From Antechinus flavipes (Eukaryota), in NCBI RefSeq assembly GCF_016432865.1, contig NC_067403.1, forward strand, positions 218,426,001 to 218,490,000: a stretch of 64,000 nt of DNA. The letters run 5' to 3'. Made by a program: the position numbers and the translations under genes. The first letter of the stretch is position 1; each line of letters begins with the position of its first letter. Below the pieces are notes generated by a model that was given only the letters and a program-made list of their open reading frames with translations, had not been told where the DNA came from and ran no database searches. Below, piece by piece: positions 26,741 to 40,584 of the stretch.

Positions 26741-27825
26741 TTCCTTAAACTTAGGCTATGCAACTATTAAGTTTTCTTTGCAAATTTATAGAAGGAAGAA
26801 AGCCTTTTAAGTCTTTCTATGGTACATCCCACCTCCTAATTCTAGTCTTAAATGTTCACAATGCATTCCCTCTTCATTTCCTATCTCCTTAGCTTCCAAT
26901 CCCAATTAAAGCCTTTCCTAATGCCCTTCAATTCTTATGCCTTTCCTGTTGATTATTTCTAATTGATCCTATATATAACATATTGGTACGTAGTAGATTT
27001 TATAGATGAGGTTATGAGACTTGCCCAGGGTCATCCAACTAATAAGTATCTGATTTTCTTTGGCCCTCAGGTCTTTCCTGACTTTCCTGACTTTAAGCAT
27101 TGAATCCCCTGTGTCACCAAGCTGCCTTTTCACAAGCTTCGAAGAGCTATGTAAATGTCAGGCGTTATTATTGTGATGGTTGTGCTAAAGCTGATTGGCA
27201 AAGGCAAGTTAAGACTGCTACTGGTTCTGGGCTTTGGGGAAATGCTGAAATGTCTTCCTTTAACACCCAGAAGACACACAGCATGGCCACATTATTGAAA
27301 TCTTGCTTAAAAGAGCAGTTTTCTCAGAAACACTATTTTAAGTGGGGATTGGGAAGAAGGAGCTTTAAAAGGCCCTCCATTGCTCTCTCTGTGACAGTCT
27401 AGAATGAAATTGCAGGCCAAGAGTGACAGATGGAAACTGCTTTTTGGAAACAGATTTTGAGAGTTGTTCAATTTATTTTTTGAAATGTGTTTTTTTCTAA
27501 AATATATAAAGAAATCAAAACATAATCCCATATTTTAGCACATAAATATATCTCTATGATTATGAATCAAGTGGTTGTTGCAGCTTTCACACACTCAGCT
27601 CTCTTGACTGTTGGTGTGATTATGGATTGAAGAATCCCCACAGCATCCCTTTCTTGGTAAGTATAGAGCTGGCTGCCCTGAAAGAATGCTGGTTCTCATT
27701 AACAGTCTGAATTTATAATTATCTTAGATCTTTGGGGACTTTGGGCCTCAGGCCAGGGCATCATCCCATAAATCTCTTGCAGAACTTCCACAGAAATACT
27801 TAAGATGTGAGAATCTGGCTTCAGG

Positions 27826-28080
27826 AGAGAGGAGAAAAGGGGGGTAAGGAAGAAGAGAGAGAAAAAAAGAAGAAGGGAGAAAAAGAAGGAGAAGAGAAAA
27901 TCTGAGAAGGAAGAAGGAAGGAAAAGAAGGAGAAAGGAAGTGGAGAAAGAAGAGAGAGGGAATAGATAATAAAAGAGAGAATAGAAAGAAAAAGACAGAA
28001 CAAAGGGATGGGAGAGAGAGACTGTAGTGGAAAGGGAAGAAGAGAAAAAAAAGGAGGAAAGAAGTATAAGAGAAGGAAAT
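27826..28080. repeat. Purine-rich (GA/GAA) low-complexity tract
   Basis: Almost pure G/A on the plus strand. It generates several spurious ORFs. Confidence 0.9.
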
Positions 28081-29489
28081 AGAAAAATAACCATTTTTTT
28101 TTTCCTTAAACAAAAACAAAAACAAAAAAAAACATTGAGAGACAAAAGAATGGTCACCTGGACCACTGTAGAAGAGGAGGAAAGGAAGGGTCATAAATGT
28201 AAATCAAGGAGACAACAGATCATGGAAATCTATAGACTCACAAAACCTGGTGGAAGGATCTAGGGACCAAAAAATATTGAAGCTCTTCTATATAAGCTCT
28301 TCTGTTAACTTATCCCATACACTCCTCCTTTTCTCTCAAACTAGCACCAAGGGAATGGCAGAGACCTACTGTTTATTCTTTACACACACATCAGACTGCA
28401 AATCATCATTTCATGATTTCTTTCCTCCTTTAAGGCTGCTCTTAAATTTTATTAATCGATAAAATAGGTTTGAGGGATTTTAGAATCATTGATTCATTCA
28501 TTTATTCAACACGCATTTGTTAAGAGCCTACTGTGTGTCAGGCATTCTACTAAGTGCTGAAGATAAACAAAAACAAAGCAGACTCAGTACTTGAGAAACT
28601 CATACTCTATTGGAAAAAAAACACATCTACATAAAATGATTACAGAATCTATACTAATGTAATAAACAGTAATTTGAGGGAAAGCACTAGCAGCTAGGCA
28701 GATCAGGAAAGGAGTAAGGTGGGAGGTGGAGTTATAACTGAACTGTGGAGAAAGCTAGGGATTCTAAGAAGTAGAATTAAGATGGGAAGGTAGGCAGGCA
28801 TAGGGTACAGCCTTGGCAAAGGCACAATGATGGGAGATGTACTGTCATTTGTAAAGAATATCAAGTAAGCCCTTGGGGCTAGAAAGTAGAGTATATAAAG
28901 AGAATTAATAGAAGTCATTTATCCAAGCATCTTATTTTAATGATTAGGAAAGAGAAGCTTCAATAAGGAAGATCCCTTGCCTAGAGTCTCACAGCTAACA
29001 TTTAAATTCAAAACTAGAGATCCTCCATTTCCTCTGATTTCAGATAGAGTGCTCTTAATACTGCAGCATAACTCTTTCTCAATATTTTTTCATTATATAA
29101 ATATTTTAGGTGAGTAGAGGGAAAGTGTGTATTTTTAATTGGACAAACATTTGTTAAACTCCTATCATATTCAAGACAATTTAGCAGAAGCCAAGGATGG
29201 AAAAAAAAATTGAAACATTCCCTGATCTCCTAGACTCTGAACCTCCTTGAAAAAAATCCCTGAGGAATGAGTATTTGAGCTGAACTGTCATCCAGATGTG
29301 TCTGAGATAAGCTGAGGAGCACTGCAGACTAAAAAAAAAAAAAAAAAATGAGTAAAAAATTTACTCATTACTTTGCATGGTAGGTCCTTAATATGTGTTT
29401 GTTAATTGGCTAGTACTGAGCCTTATGAATATTAGATACTTAGAAAATGTTTGTTGAATTGAATTGAATTGAAATCATCACCTACTACT

Positions 29490-29720
29490 AAGCTATTTGG
29501 TGGTACAGTGGATAGGGCAGTAGACTTGGAATCAGGAAAGCTTATCTTCCTGAGGTCAAATTTGGTTTGTGACCTTGAGTAAATCCCTTAACTGTTTGCC
29601 TCAGTTTCCTTATCCGTAAAATGATCTGGAGAAGCAAATGGTAAACTATTTCAGTACCTCTGCTAAGAAAATCCCACATGGGATCACAGAGAGTCAGACA
29701 TGATTGAAATGACACAAGAA
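29490..29720 (+). mobile_element. Marsupial CORE-SINE (long form)
   Basis: ggtggtacagtggatag...gtgaccttgagtaaatc...gagaagcaaatggtaaac...gagtcagacatgattgaa. Confidence 0.85.
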
Positions 29721-30649
29721 AAAAATCATCTATAAGGGGGGAATGGGATTGATGGAAGGGGGTCATCAACAGTGATACCAGAACAATGATAGGTATAATT
29801 CACCCTATCTACATCAAATGAAACCATTCATTTAACAGATATTTATCAAACACTTAACAGACTCAAAGCCTTAGTATAAAGGCTGTGGGAAATACAGAGA
29901 TAAATAATAGTGAAAAATTCTAATACAAATAATTTGCAAAGTCAAAAGACAGAGTTTCAAATCTTGGCTGGGCTGCTTACTACTTGTGTGATATTGTAGA
30001 CACTCTACCTTTCTGCTCTGTAGTTTCCTTATCATTAAAACAGGAGGATTGAACTCAATGGTCTAGGATAATAGCAAAAGGGTCTAAGGAACCTGATCAG
30101 GAACTCAGGATCAGGGAAGAAGGAAACTCAAGCTCAAATCTGAAGGGAGAGATGAAGACAATCCATAAGATGGAATAGAATTAATGAAGGTATTAGCCAG
30201 TTTGATGGATATATGGGAACCAAAGGAAGATGAGATAGGAGAATCAATCAATCAACAAGCATGAAGAAGTAGGTTAGGTCTAGACTGTAGCTAGTCTTCC
30301 ATGACAAGCAAAGAGTTTTAATTTTATTCAGTTATCAGTAAAGAGCTATTAAAGGTTTTTTAGAAGGTGAAGTAATGTGGTAATATCTGCAGATAAAAGA
30401 GCCTTAGTTGGCCTCTGTATGCTAATTGAAATTAGAAGCAGTGGAGAGAAGAGGGTAGGAAATGAAGGTGACATAAAAACAAAAGATATAAATAAAAATT
30501 TGAGTTTTAGAGTATTTGCACTAGGGTAGTTTAAGTGCTAAAGGAAGATTGAAAAAAAGAAGTATTAATGATATTTTGAAGTAGGAAATTTAGACTCCAA
30601 ATCATTAAGTTAGATGATGTATTTCTAAGACTAAAATCCTGCCATGAAT

Positions 30650-31150
30650 CAACTTTTTCAAAATGATTTTATTGATTTTTAAAATATTGCCAACATCTCC
30701 CTATGCCCTTTCTGCTATCAGGGAGCCATTCCATACAACAAATGATATTTTTAAAGAAAAAGAAGAGGAAAAATGAGTAAACGCTAATCAATACATTAAA
30801 AAATTGAAAAGACCTATTGTTTCACATCTATAGATTTTCCTCTCTAACCCAGGTGTGGAGGTCTGGATGTCTTCCCATATGTCTTATTTGGAGTCATGCT
30901 ACTTCTTTCACCTTGAATCGTTTTGCGGTTGTTCTTTCAGTTTATATTTTTTCAGTAATTATGTAGATTGTTCTCCTGATTCTGCTTTCTTTTAGTATCA
31001 ATTCATGTAGCTCTTTCCATGATTCTCTGTATCCATCAAATTATCTCTTTTATACAGAATATCAAGATTCTGACTTTTAACCAACCAATGAACATCTACT
31101 TTATTTCCAATTGTCTCCTACCATAAAAATATTGCTATAAATACTTTGAT
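30650..31150 (-). mobile_element. Old L1 3' end
   Basis: Reverse L1 3' UTR and ORF2-terminal sequence (agtatcaattcatgtagctctttcc...aaaatattgctataaata). Confidence 0.65.
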
Positions 31151-33604
31151 ACTTTTTATCAAAAATCAATCTTTCTAAGATGATATATTCTTTCTCTTCC
31201 CTTCTGTTTCCATAAATCTATTAATTTCCTCTTCCCCATTTGCCTTTGGTCTGAAATTTCACCAGGATGCAGTTTAATTTCATTATACTGTAATTTCACC
31301 AGTATAGAGAAACTCAGTGTGGGGAGCTCCCAGTATGGCAGTACTTTTATCAACACAGCTCAGTAATAGGTATATCATGATAGTCTTTTAGATAAAATGA
31401 TTTGTCCATGGTTGAATTGCCAAGCTGTATCGGAGTCAGAATTTGAATTCATGTCTTCCTAATTGCAGATCTATTCTCTATCATCCCTTAATACCATATT
31501 GTCTTCCTGATCTGTTTTATTTCACTTTGGAGTAGCTGCCATCAGTAGTTGCAGCATGACATTTTTCAGGTGGATAATCTAATTTTGGAGAAAACACATG
31601 CTGTGTCTATATATGTGCCAACAGAAAATCTTGGTTACCATTCAGCCTAGAACTATAAACATGCCTCCTTAAACTTGGTTAATTGGTTCCATGAAAATAT
31701 GACTCTAGGTAAAAACAATGTTATAGAGCTGAGTAAAGTGGAGCCAGAGGCTTAGTTTGAACTAAAACATGTTATCAAGTTATGTGGCAAAATGGCATTG
31801 GTTGGGGCAAATTGAATGATATAGTCAAACCACCAACCCAATAACACTACTGAATCTCTGCTATTCGTGCCTCCATGAAAATGGATCAGAGCCAAGCAGT
31901 TTAACTCAGAAGTTATGCTTGGAATGACTAAGACCCAATCATCCTAAGTCATAAAATTCTCTAATATTCTACATAAAATATAAGGTCTCATATTACTATC
32001 AGGATGATATCATTATACCATATGCCTAAAATAAATACTTATGCATATATATATATATATATACCTCTGTTAAGATAATGGATGGAACAGAAGTGCACTT
32101 GGCAGGAGAAAAGATCTCATGCTTCCCAAACCAGGAAGATTTCTCATTTTATTTTGCAGAATTTTTGGCATAGTGGCTCCATTATCCAAAGACTAATAAA
32201 ACTCAAGACTCTAAAATATACCACTGGTTTATTTTTTTCTACTTTGGGTATTAGAGGACACTCACTACTATCAGTCATCGTGAAAGACATCCATTTGAAT
32301 TATATAGCTGAGGGCCCAAATGATGACATAGCATCAAGGAGAAGTTGACACACCTGTGGGACAGGTTTGCAGGTTTTCTGCCATTCCAGTCCTTGCCCCC
32401 AGTTGCAGTGTTAATCCAGACTAGGGCACATACCAGCACCTGGTTAATAATCATAGCTGAATCACTTTGGTTTTCAGTAAAACCTTTATAACCCAAAACG
32501 TTGTTTGTCAGATTGCTTTGATTTAGTCCATATTTTTGGCAGGCACTAGTCTGTGTTGAATACGGGAAAAGGGTGATTTCCATTAATGGTTCACAAATGT
32601 AGATGCTTGACTGTTTCCAAATCTTTAATTTACAGTGGGTTTTTTTTTTTGGGGGGGGAGGGAGGGAAACCAGCTGAAGATATCAATAGATTGTGAGAAA
32701 TAACTTTTGACATATTAGTGCTTGCATCATTATTATTGTTATTTATTCTTTAAAGAATATATTAAACTATCACCTCCCCAGTGATTCTGATATTAAAATG
32801 TAAGTGCCTCTATTAAAATAGAAACTTCTGGAAATCAGGGATTATTTCATTTTTGTCTTTGAGTTCACAAAACCTAGCATAGTGCCTGGCATATTGCAAG
32901 TGCTTGCCAAATTCCCATTTAATTCAATTAAGGAGAAACACACAAAAATACTTTCCACAGAGAACAAAATCATGATTTGCAGTGACATAACTGACAGAAA
33001 AAACACAATAGTTTGTAAAATAAAGGTACCCTTAAGGTTTTAGGGCAAAATTGAGCTATTTAAATATGTCATAAGATTTTGGGGACTTATAACTGTAGAT
33101 AATCCAAGTATATATCAGAAGTCTGGTAATGTTTTCTTATTGCAAAGTAGATCTTGCATTTCTAGACTGTAGATGTGCTTCATATAAACATGGTAAAACT
33201 GGATGTCAATTTACTTTATATCAGCATAGAATTATAGGGACTCGGATTTTTAGAGCTAAATTTAGGGATAAATGATAGTGAGCTATGAAAAAACAAATGC
33301 ACTCTACTGTTCTGTGAATGGAAATTGTAAAAACTCATAGTAATGGATGACATATCCTAATCAGACCCTCTTGCTGTTTTATTGATTAGTTGTTTACAGG
33401 AAGAGAAACCAAGATGGTGAAAGCCTTTGGATCTATGGCATTTGAGGAGCCACTGAAGGAACTGAGCACAATAGGCAGGAGAAGAAAAGATAAGATCTGT
33501 GTGTGTGTGTGTGTGTAAGTATTTGAAGGCCTTCCATTTGAAGAGTAGAATTGCTCTGTTTGAATCCAGAGCAGAACCACAACCATGAGTAAATTTTCGG
33601 GAAA

Positions 33605-33790
33605 TTTAGACTTTACATCATGAACAACTTCCTATTAAATCTGTCAAAAAGTGGACTGGACTGCCATGAGAAATGATAGGTTCCCCTTCCTTGAAAGAAT
33701 TCATGACCATGTTATATTAGGGATCCCTTTTGTGGCTGAGTGGGAACAGGTGGCTGCTGAAATCCCTTCCAACCCTCAAATCTGGACTTC
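33605..33790 (+). mobile_element. L3/CR1 3' end
   Basis: aacttcct...aaaagtggactggactgcc...ggttccccttccttg...cccttccaaccctcaaat. Confidence 0.75.
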
Positions 33791-34879
33791 TGGGCTTGAC
33801 TTACAATTGAGAAAGCCTGGTTCAAATCACACCAATAATAAATTCCCAGCTACTTGTACATGGAACATATAGGTTTATAGCAAATGTATATTTTTGTATC
33901 TTTTTTATGAAAACACATTTAGAAAGTGGTTAGTAATGGGTATGGATCAGAGCGTCTTGGGAAAAGTGAAATATTGGAGTGGCAAGTGATATTTCCTAGC
34001 CAGGTCCTTCCTTCTTCCTGGGATCCCTCCATAGACATTTCATGTCAGCTTTAAACAAGGTCTAATATTGATTAATTCCCTTCCAACACTGGAGGATACA
34101 ACCCTCTTCCCCAAAGCTTGGATTTGAATGTTAATTAAGCAATTACAGGCACCAGGGATAGACACCAGATGAGCCCACATAGTAGAGTTGAGTCATGAGA
34201 CAAACATGAATAATTCTCCTATTAATGCCCTGCTCAAAAGAGAAGGGAAGGGGGGAAGGGCAGAGAAAGAGGAGGGGAAAAAACCCTTCTTCAGAGGAAA
34301 GGAAAACAAAAGAGACAAATAAAAAAGCCATCCAAGAAATATGGGGCTGCTATTCTTGGGAAAGCTCCATTCATTCTTGTGGAAGTCTGCTGGAAACTTG
34401 TCATTGATCAAGCATAAACACAGGCTTGAATCATGCAAATTTCTCCTCTGGGGATGATTCACTAACTTGCTGATTTGAGCATTTTCCTCCAAGGGAGCAC
34501 CACATAAAAGCAACTGATAAAAAGTCAGGATCTAGCACAGAGGGGATTTAAAAAATAATTAATTCAATAAATACACAGTGCAAAGATGCAGGAATACACC
34601 TACTGTGTATAAGGCACAGTGCTAGGAGCTGAGGATCCAACAGGAAAAATGAAACCATCCCTGCTTTAAGAAGCTTACATTTTAGAACACTAGTGGCTTC
34701 TTCCATCGTGCCCCAATTTGAGCCAATACAGATTCATAAGGGTGGGCTCATGGCCTTGGAGTGGCAGAATACCCGCAGGGTTCATCTAATTGGAGTTCCT
34801 CAGTTAACAGATGAGTTACTTTAGTCCTGGGTAAGGGCTCTGGGGTCAGAAACTTTGAACTAGAATAGCCCTGTTTTAT

Positions 34880-34960
34880 TTATATGTATATATAAGTTTA
34901 TATATAGAGAGAGATTTTGAACTAAAATAGCCCTGTTTATATATGTATGTATGTATGTAT

Positions 34961-34990
<30 letters not shown>
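34880..34990. repeat. (TA)/(TATG)n/(CA)n simple repeats with a ~62-bp local duplication
   Basis: tgaacta(g/a)aatagccctgttt occurs at ~34856 and ~34918, followed by (TATG)n and (CA)n. Confidence 0.85.
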
Positions 34991-34995
<5 letters not shown>

Positions 34996-35498
34996 ATATA
35001 GATAAAATCATTGAATATCAGGTAGTTTGGGAGGGAGAGCCTTAGCAGTTGGAGGACCGGGAAAGGTATGGCGCAGAACATGGTGTCCAAGATATATCTT
35101 AATGGAAGAGAGGAACCTCATAAGGAGGAAGTATGAAGTGAAGGCCCAGGGAAGAGGGCAGTGCAAAGATGCAGAGACATGAGATAAGAGTCAACAATCC
35201 CAGTTGGAGCTGTGGTGCAGATAATGAGCAAGCAAAGGAGAAAAAAAGGAAAGGTCCTCCAGGTAGAAGGAGGAGAAAGTGGTACAATTTATCACTTGGG
35301 GTGGTATCCCCAAGAGTAGAGGTGATCCAGGAGGAGACTGGTCAGCGTGTCAAACGCAGCAGAAAAGTTAAGAAGGAATAGAAAGACTAGAAAATTTTAA
35401 ATCATAGATATGATAGGCTCTTAGGGATGGAGGCTTCAAAGGTACAAATCTGAAAAAGAAAACTACCACGTGTATTTGCCAATCCAGATGGAGTTGAG

Positions 35499-35665
35499 CA
35501 GGGGTGTCAAACTCAAATAGAATTGGAGGTTGCTCAATTATGCATATTAACATAATTTATGCTTTACTGTATTTTTATTTATTTTGTTAAATATCTCCCA
35601 ATTTCATTTTAATCTGGTTCAGCTATAAGTCAGGAGTGTTATGAGTCACTTGGTAAATACCTAGA
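35499..35665. mobile_element. hAT-type MITE (CAGGGGTGTCAAAC TIR)
   Basis: The left TIR caggggtgtcaaactc is clear and the right end is degenerate. The internal sequence is AT-rich. Confidence 0.6.
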
Positions 35666-35789
35666 GTCAAAAAAAGGACAGCAAAAGAAAGAACCTGTCA
35701 TTCACAGACAATAACATCCAGCAACAAAAACCACAGTCTCAGATTTCTACCAGAAAATACGCAAAATAACAATCATTAACTTTTGTACA

Positions 35790-36712
35790 ATGCTTACTGT
35801 GCTAAGTGTTTTACAATTGCTATATTCATTTGATCCTCACAATAATCGAGAATTAAGCATTATTATTATTATTTTTCCCCTTTTACAGAGGAGAAAATTA
35901 AGGCAAACAGAGATTAAGTGACTTGCCTAGGATCTCTTCTTATCTGGGGTTGGATTTGAACTCAGGTCTTTCTTGATGTGGATTCATTCTCTTCCCTTGT
36001 CAGGAAGAATCCCAACATTTATCATCAGGCATAATCAATTCCCAGATTATCCTAGTTGTACAGAAGGATGGTGAGGATGGAATTCTTTATCACCTCCCAT
36101 GGTCTATCCCCTAATCTCTGTGCATTTTTAAACAATCTTTGAGATATTGATTAGCTTATCTTTAGACAGATCTAGGACCTAGTCCGCCAGATGCATTCCT
36201 TCTGGTTCCATGATCCTTCCCTCTGAGTTCCCATCTTTATTTCACTGGTTTCCTTGAGAAGTTATATTTTCCCTATAAAAGATCTGCTCATGATGAAAAT
36301 CTTTGCTAAATTTTCCTCGGGACTAAGCCCCCCATGAGGTTACTCTCTCCTTCCCTTCTCATGTGCCTTCCTTCAAATGGCATCTTTCTCCTTACTCTAG
36401 CTAACTCTGGTTAGTCTGCTAAATTCCTCATGGACTATTTCCTTTCTCCTGGTTAATTGTGAGTTCCTCCAGTAAACTTGTCTTTTCCCTGCTAACTATA
36501 TGCTCTTCCAAATTTGTTTCATGTTAGCCACTCCTGGTACCTATTTTGCTTCTTATTTTGTTTCTTAATTCTTCCCCTAAATAAACCTATCTTTTGGCAA
36601 AAAGAATGGCCATGATGGATTTGCCACATGTTTATTTCAAACTAGGAATTGCTACTCTGACCTCATCTTTCCTGATTCCACACTCAAAAGTTCTCTCCAC
36701 TGTGTCCCTTGA
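35790..36712 (-). mobile_element. MIR/Mar-like SINE split by the solo LTR (35790-35973 + 36669-36712)
   Basis: atttgatcctcacaat...ttttacagaggagaaa...aagtgacttgcc...ggatttgaactcaggtct resumes as ttcctgattcca...ctctccactgtg after the LTR. Confidence 0.7.
35974..36668 (+). mobile_element. Solo LTR, probably class I (gamma-like) ERV
   Basis: Starts TGATG and ends CATC(t). Contains TATAAAA at 36274-36280 and AATAAA at 36580-36585. The 4-bp flanks are ttct/ttcc, and it interrupts a MIR-like SINE whose sequence rejoins across it. Confidence 0.65.
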
Positions 36713-36827
36713 ACTAGTGTCCACTAGTTCCCTTGAAGAATATTACTAATAATGTGAACTAAAGATCGTAATGAAAGAAGAAAATGGCCAACCACTTTAG
36801 TATCTTTGCCAAGAAAATCTAATAGAG

Positions 36828-36962
36828 GGACAGTTAGGTGGTGCAGTGGATAGAGCACCAGTCCTGAAGTCAGGAGGACTTGAGTTCAAATATGCCCTCA
36901 GACACTTAACACTTCCTAGCTGTGTGACTCTGGGCAAGTCACTTAACTCCAATTGCCTCAGC

Positions 36963-36998
<36 letters not shown>
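36828..36998 (+). mobile_element. Young WSINE1-like SINE nested in the tail of an older SINE
   Basis: Intact head and poly-A/(AAAAG)n tail, with approximate TSD aagaaaatctaata / aagaaaaccctaata. Confidence 0.85.
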
Positions 36999-37369
36999 GA
37001 AAACCCTAATAAGGATCACAAAAAGTGAGACTTGTCTGAAATAACTGAACAACAACAGAGATCTTAATGCTGGAAAGCAAGTTTACTCTCATAAGCTAGT
37101 AAGGCTTTGTGAGACTCATGACTAAAATACAACTCTAGAAAGCTGCATCTTACTATAAAAAGTGGCATAAATGTGGCAATAGAATAACATTATATTTTAA
37201 AATATATCAGTGAGGAAATCCTAGAACTGGAAGAGAAGCAAAGATACAATGGGTTGAGAATTTGTAGAGGGAGAAAGAAAGTAGGTAATGATGGTTATTA
37301 ATATACTAAAGATCAATTGATCAAAAGGAGGAAAGAGATGAATTCTGAAAATAAATCTCAAACTTGGCA

Positions 37370-38490
37370 TGGAAGTATGATATTATAATGATGGGAGACT
37401 TTAATTATCAATACTTCTGCCAGAATTCACTCTTTGCCAAAAGTCAAGTGGCCAGTAAATACTTGACTTGCCTTAGTGCTAATTTTCTTCTTCAAAGTGT
37501 AGAAGGAATGACATTGAGAAACTGTGGTTATGGATCTAATTCTGACAAGTAAGGAGGATCTGGTCACAGAAGAAGAAAAAGAATAGGAATCTAAGAGCAA
37601 ATGATAGCTCCATCTTAGAATGCATGGTAGAAAAGTAGAGGAAAGTCAAGTATATACTGAGATAGAAAGACAGAGACAGAGAGAGACAGAGAGCAGAGTT
37701 AGATAGCTATATGTATAGGTAGCTAACTAGCTAGCTAGCTATAGATAGATAAATATATACATACATACATAGACACATAGGTAGAAATGTAAATATAGAT
37801 ATTGATATATTAATATTAAGGAGAATGGACAAGTCAGAAAATTTTTTGAATGAAAAAAAGGAAAAATTGAAGACTTTTAACATTAATCCAAATAGGAAAA
37901 AAAGGGAAGAAAATGAAATAGGAAGATGAAGTTGACCGAATACAAATGAAGAGGTATAGGAAAAATATTGGAACATGAGAAATTACAAAGTTCAACTTTT
38001 GGCAGGTGGATAGAAGAATAATAAGAGAATGATGGCATAAATTTAATTTGTATGCCATTTTAAAATATATTTTTCTACTAAAGAAAGGCTCTTTAGACAG
38101 GAACAAAGATGATTAAAGGAGTAAAAACATGAGTATGTGGTAAAGTATATGTTTTTGATGAATTTTAAATGATTAGTTATATAAAAAAAAAGATGTCCCA
38201 GGTCTTGATAGAATCTGTGATGTGATTACTAAGTCCCTACCAGTGACTTTTGAGAAATTTTGGAGAATGGGGAAAGTTATGAGATTAGGAGCTAGAAAAT
38301 ATCCTGTTTCTAAAAAGGAGAATAGAGAGGGTAGAGTCTTGACGTAGTTAAATATCATTTGGAAGAGGAAATTGCTTCCAAAGAGTTAGGTAGAAATTAA
38401 GATCACGTTCAACAATTAGATCTATTCCAAAATGAAATGAATTGCTTTAGGTCATGAGTTCCCAATCTATAAAGGTCTAAAAGCCTCTGG
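37370..38490 (+). mobile_element. Fragmented L3/CR1 (endonuclease, RT-region and 3' end pieces)
   Basis: MMGDFNY...SKYLTCLSANFLLQ matches the CR1 EN motif GDFNxPDICW...FLTCLxDNFL. At ~38180-38330 the sequence resembles DVIAEPLSVIFEKSWRTGEVP. A GATA/GACA simple repeat interrupts it at ~37660-37800. Confidence 0.75.
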
Positions 38491-38662
38491 AAAACCATTC
38501 TTTAGAAATGCTTTAGTGGGACCTCTTGTTCGAATGGAAGCATATCTAGTAGATTCCCCTGTAGACAATGAACTTTGGTGATTCTGCAGTATATTTCTTT
38601 TTTTCTCCTAGGATTCTGTCATTTCTGTGTACTTTTCTGATCATCTCCTATTACTCCCCTTC

Positions 38663-38790
38663 NNNNNNNNNNNNNNNNNNNNNNNNNNNNNNNNNNNNNN
38701 NNNNNNNNNNNNNNNNNNNNNNNNNNNNNNNNNNNNNNNNNNNNNNNNNNNNNNNNNNNNNNNNNNNNNNNNNNNNNNNNNNNNNNNNNN
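38663..38790. other. Assembly gap
   Basis: Run of N within an L2-like pyrimidine tract. Confidence 1.
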
Positions 38791-39599
38791 GAATTCATCT
38801 TGCTCTTGCTTATCTTGGTGTTATCCTTCAAAAAAGCCCCTATGCTTGAAATATCCTCCCTCACTATCTCCATTTGTGAAATACTACTCATCTCTCAAGG
38901 CTGAACTTGAAGGACACCACTTCCATGAAGCTTTATCTTCTTTACATTTTGGGAGACCCATTTTCTTTCCATCTCCAGAAAAATAGAAGCTCTTGGAATG
39001 AAGGCAGGTGGTATTGTTTCAGAGGTAAGGTTTACCTCTGACATTACCATCTGACAGTTCTTTCTATCCATTCCATTAGGTTGCCTTTTACTTAGAAAGA
39101 ACCACAGAAGTCACCTCAGCGGTACAGATTGTCCTCTCATTGTACAAACGAGAAAATTAAAGACCTCCAAAATTAAGTGACTTGACCAAGAGAGCTAGTA
39201 CTTGGCAGAGACAGAATTTGAACCCAGGACAGACTCATAAATTCTTGTGACTCCAAATTCTTTTCCTTTCTACCAGATTACTTGTTATTTAACATATTTA
39301 ACCCACAGCCTCTCTGAAAGCAGCTGAGAATTCTTCTAATTTTCTTTCCCATCAATTGAAATAGATATTAATATATAGTTATTAACATATATTCTTACTA
39401 TATAGACAGATTGATATTGATTCATAGTTTTATATATTGCTATATTCATTGATGAGAAAAAACAGAATGAGGAAAGAATTCTGTAGAACTAGAACAATGA
39501 AAATGTCAAGTTCAATAGAGAAAATAAAATGTGAGCTTAGAGGGACTGTCTTAATTCAGAGAGAACCATGATATTTTTCTCTTTTAGAGGGATTGTAGG

Positions 39600-39768
39600 G
39601 GGCCATCTCCAGTCTATATCTGCCCACTGGACCCAGATGGCTCTGGAGAAAATGAGACAGGTGACCTTGCATAGTTCTCCCTACTTAAATCCAACTGACT
39701 CATATATTATAGCATCAACACCATGATGTCATGGTTCTCTTTGTGAATGGAGGACAAAAAAACAACAG
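39600..39768 (+). mobile_element. RTE-related SINE 3' part (WALLSI-like)
   Basis: Same motif order as 11845-12022 (ccactggacccagatggctctggag...acttaaatccaa...tgatgtcatgg). Confidence 0.7.
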
Positions 39769-39959
39769 TAAGCCTGTGATGACTCCCTCTTCTCCTGCCC
39801 TCTTCCTCAGTATCTCATTCTGCTCCTTAGTTTGTAAGTCAAAGTTTTGAAATATACACACACATACACACACACTCACACACACACACCATCAGCTCTA
39901 GGCTGGCTCTCAATATGGGTGAAGTAGATGGGGAGATACAAGGCTGGATTCTGGGACCT

Positions 39960-40205
39960 CTAGAAGGTCCAGGGCAGGTAGAGAGCTTGAACTACCTGAC
40001 TCAAATCTGGTCTACTGCATTTACTAGCTGTCTGACCTTGGGCATGCCATTTAACATGTTTCTCTCAGTTTTCTCATCTGCAAAATGGGGACAGCAAGAG
40101 CCTCTAGGACCCAGGGTTGTTGTGAGGATCCAGTGAGATAATAATTGCAAAGCATTTAGCATAACGCCTGGCACAAAGCAAATGCTATGTAAATGTTAGC
40201 AATTA
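39960..40205 (+). mobile_element. MIR SINE
   Basis: actagctgtctgaccttgggc...catctgcaaaatgggg...gttgtgaggatc...taaatgttagc. Confidence 0.8.
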
Positions 40206-40584
40206 TGTTATCATAATCATAATTGCTAACATTTACATAGCACCTTAATTTTCTCATGAGGGAATTGGATTAGATCATCTCTAAGATCCCTTTCAGCTCT
40301 AAACCTATGATTGTATGATCTGAGACAGATAGTCTTCCATGCCTTTTCAGAAATCATCGAGTCTAACCTGTTTACTTGACAGAGATAAGAAAAGTGAAAC
40401 CCCTTGGGGATGTGTCAACTCATGGCCACATATCTAATTAGTAATTAAGGTCACACCTATTGTCCAAGGATATAGAGGTCCTAAATAGTGAACCCAGCCC
40501 CTTTGCCTCTAAATAGTCTAATAAACTTTCCATATCATCTCTAATTTCCTTTCTATTTCTAAAAATCTACAAAATTCCATTTGT

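Noticed and set aside
27584-27656. TTG|gtaagt donor with upstream CAG acceptors
   Set aside because: There is no polypyrimidine tract and the peptide is not recognised. Its phase compatibility with the other exon candidates yields no recognisable protein and is likely coincidental.
25996-28263. Long-looking ORFs of 146-155 aa (SLSLSL/THTH, F/S/L-rich, K/E-rich)
   Set aside because: They are generated by (GA)n/(GT)n microsatellites and purine tracts that lack stop codons.
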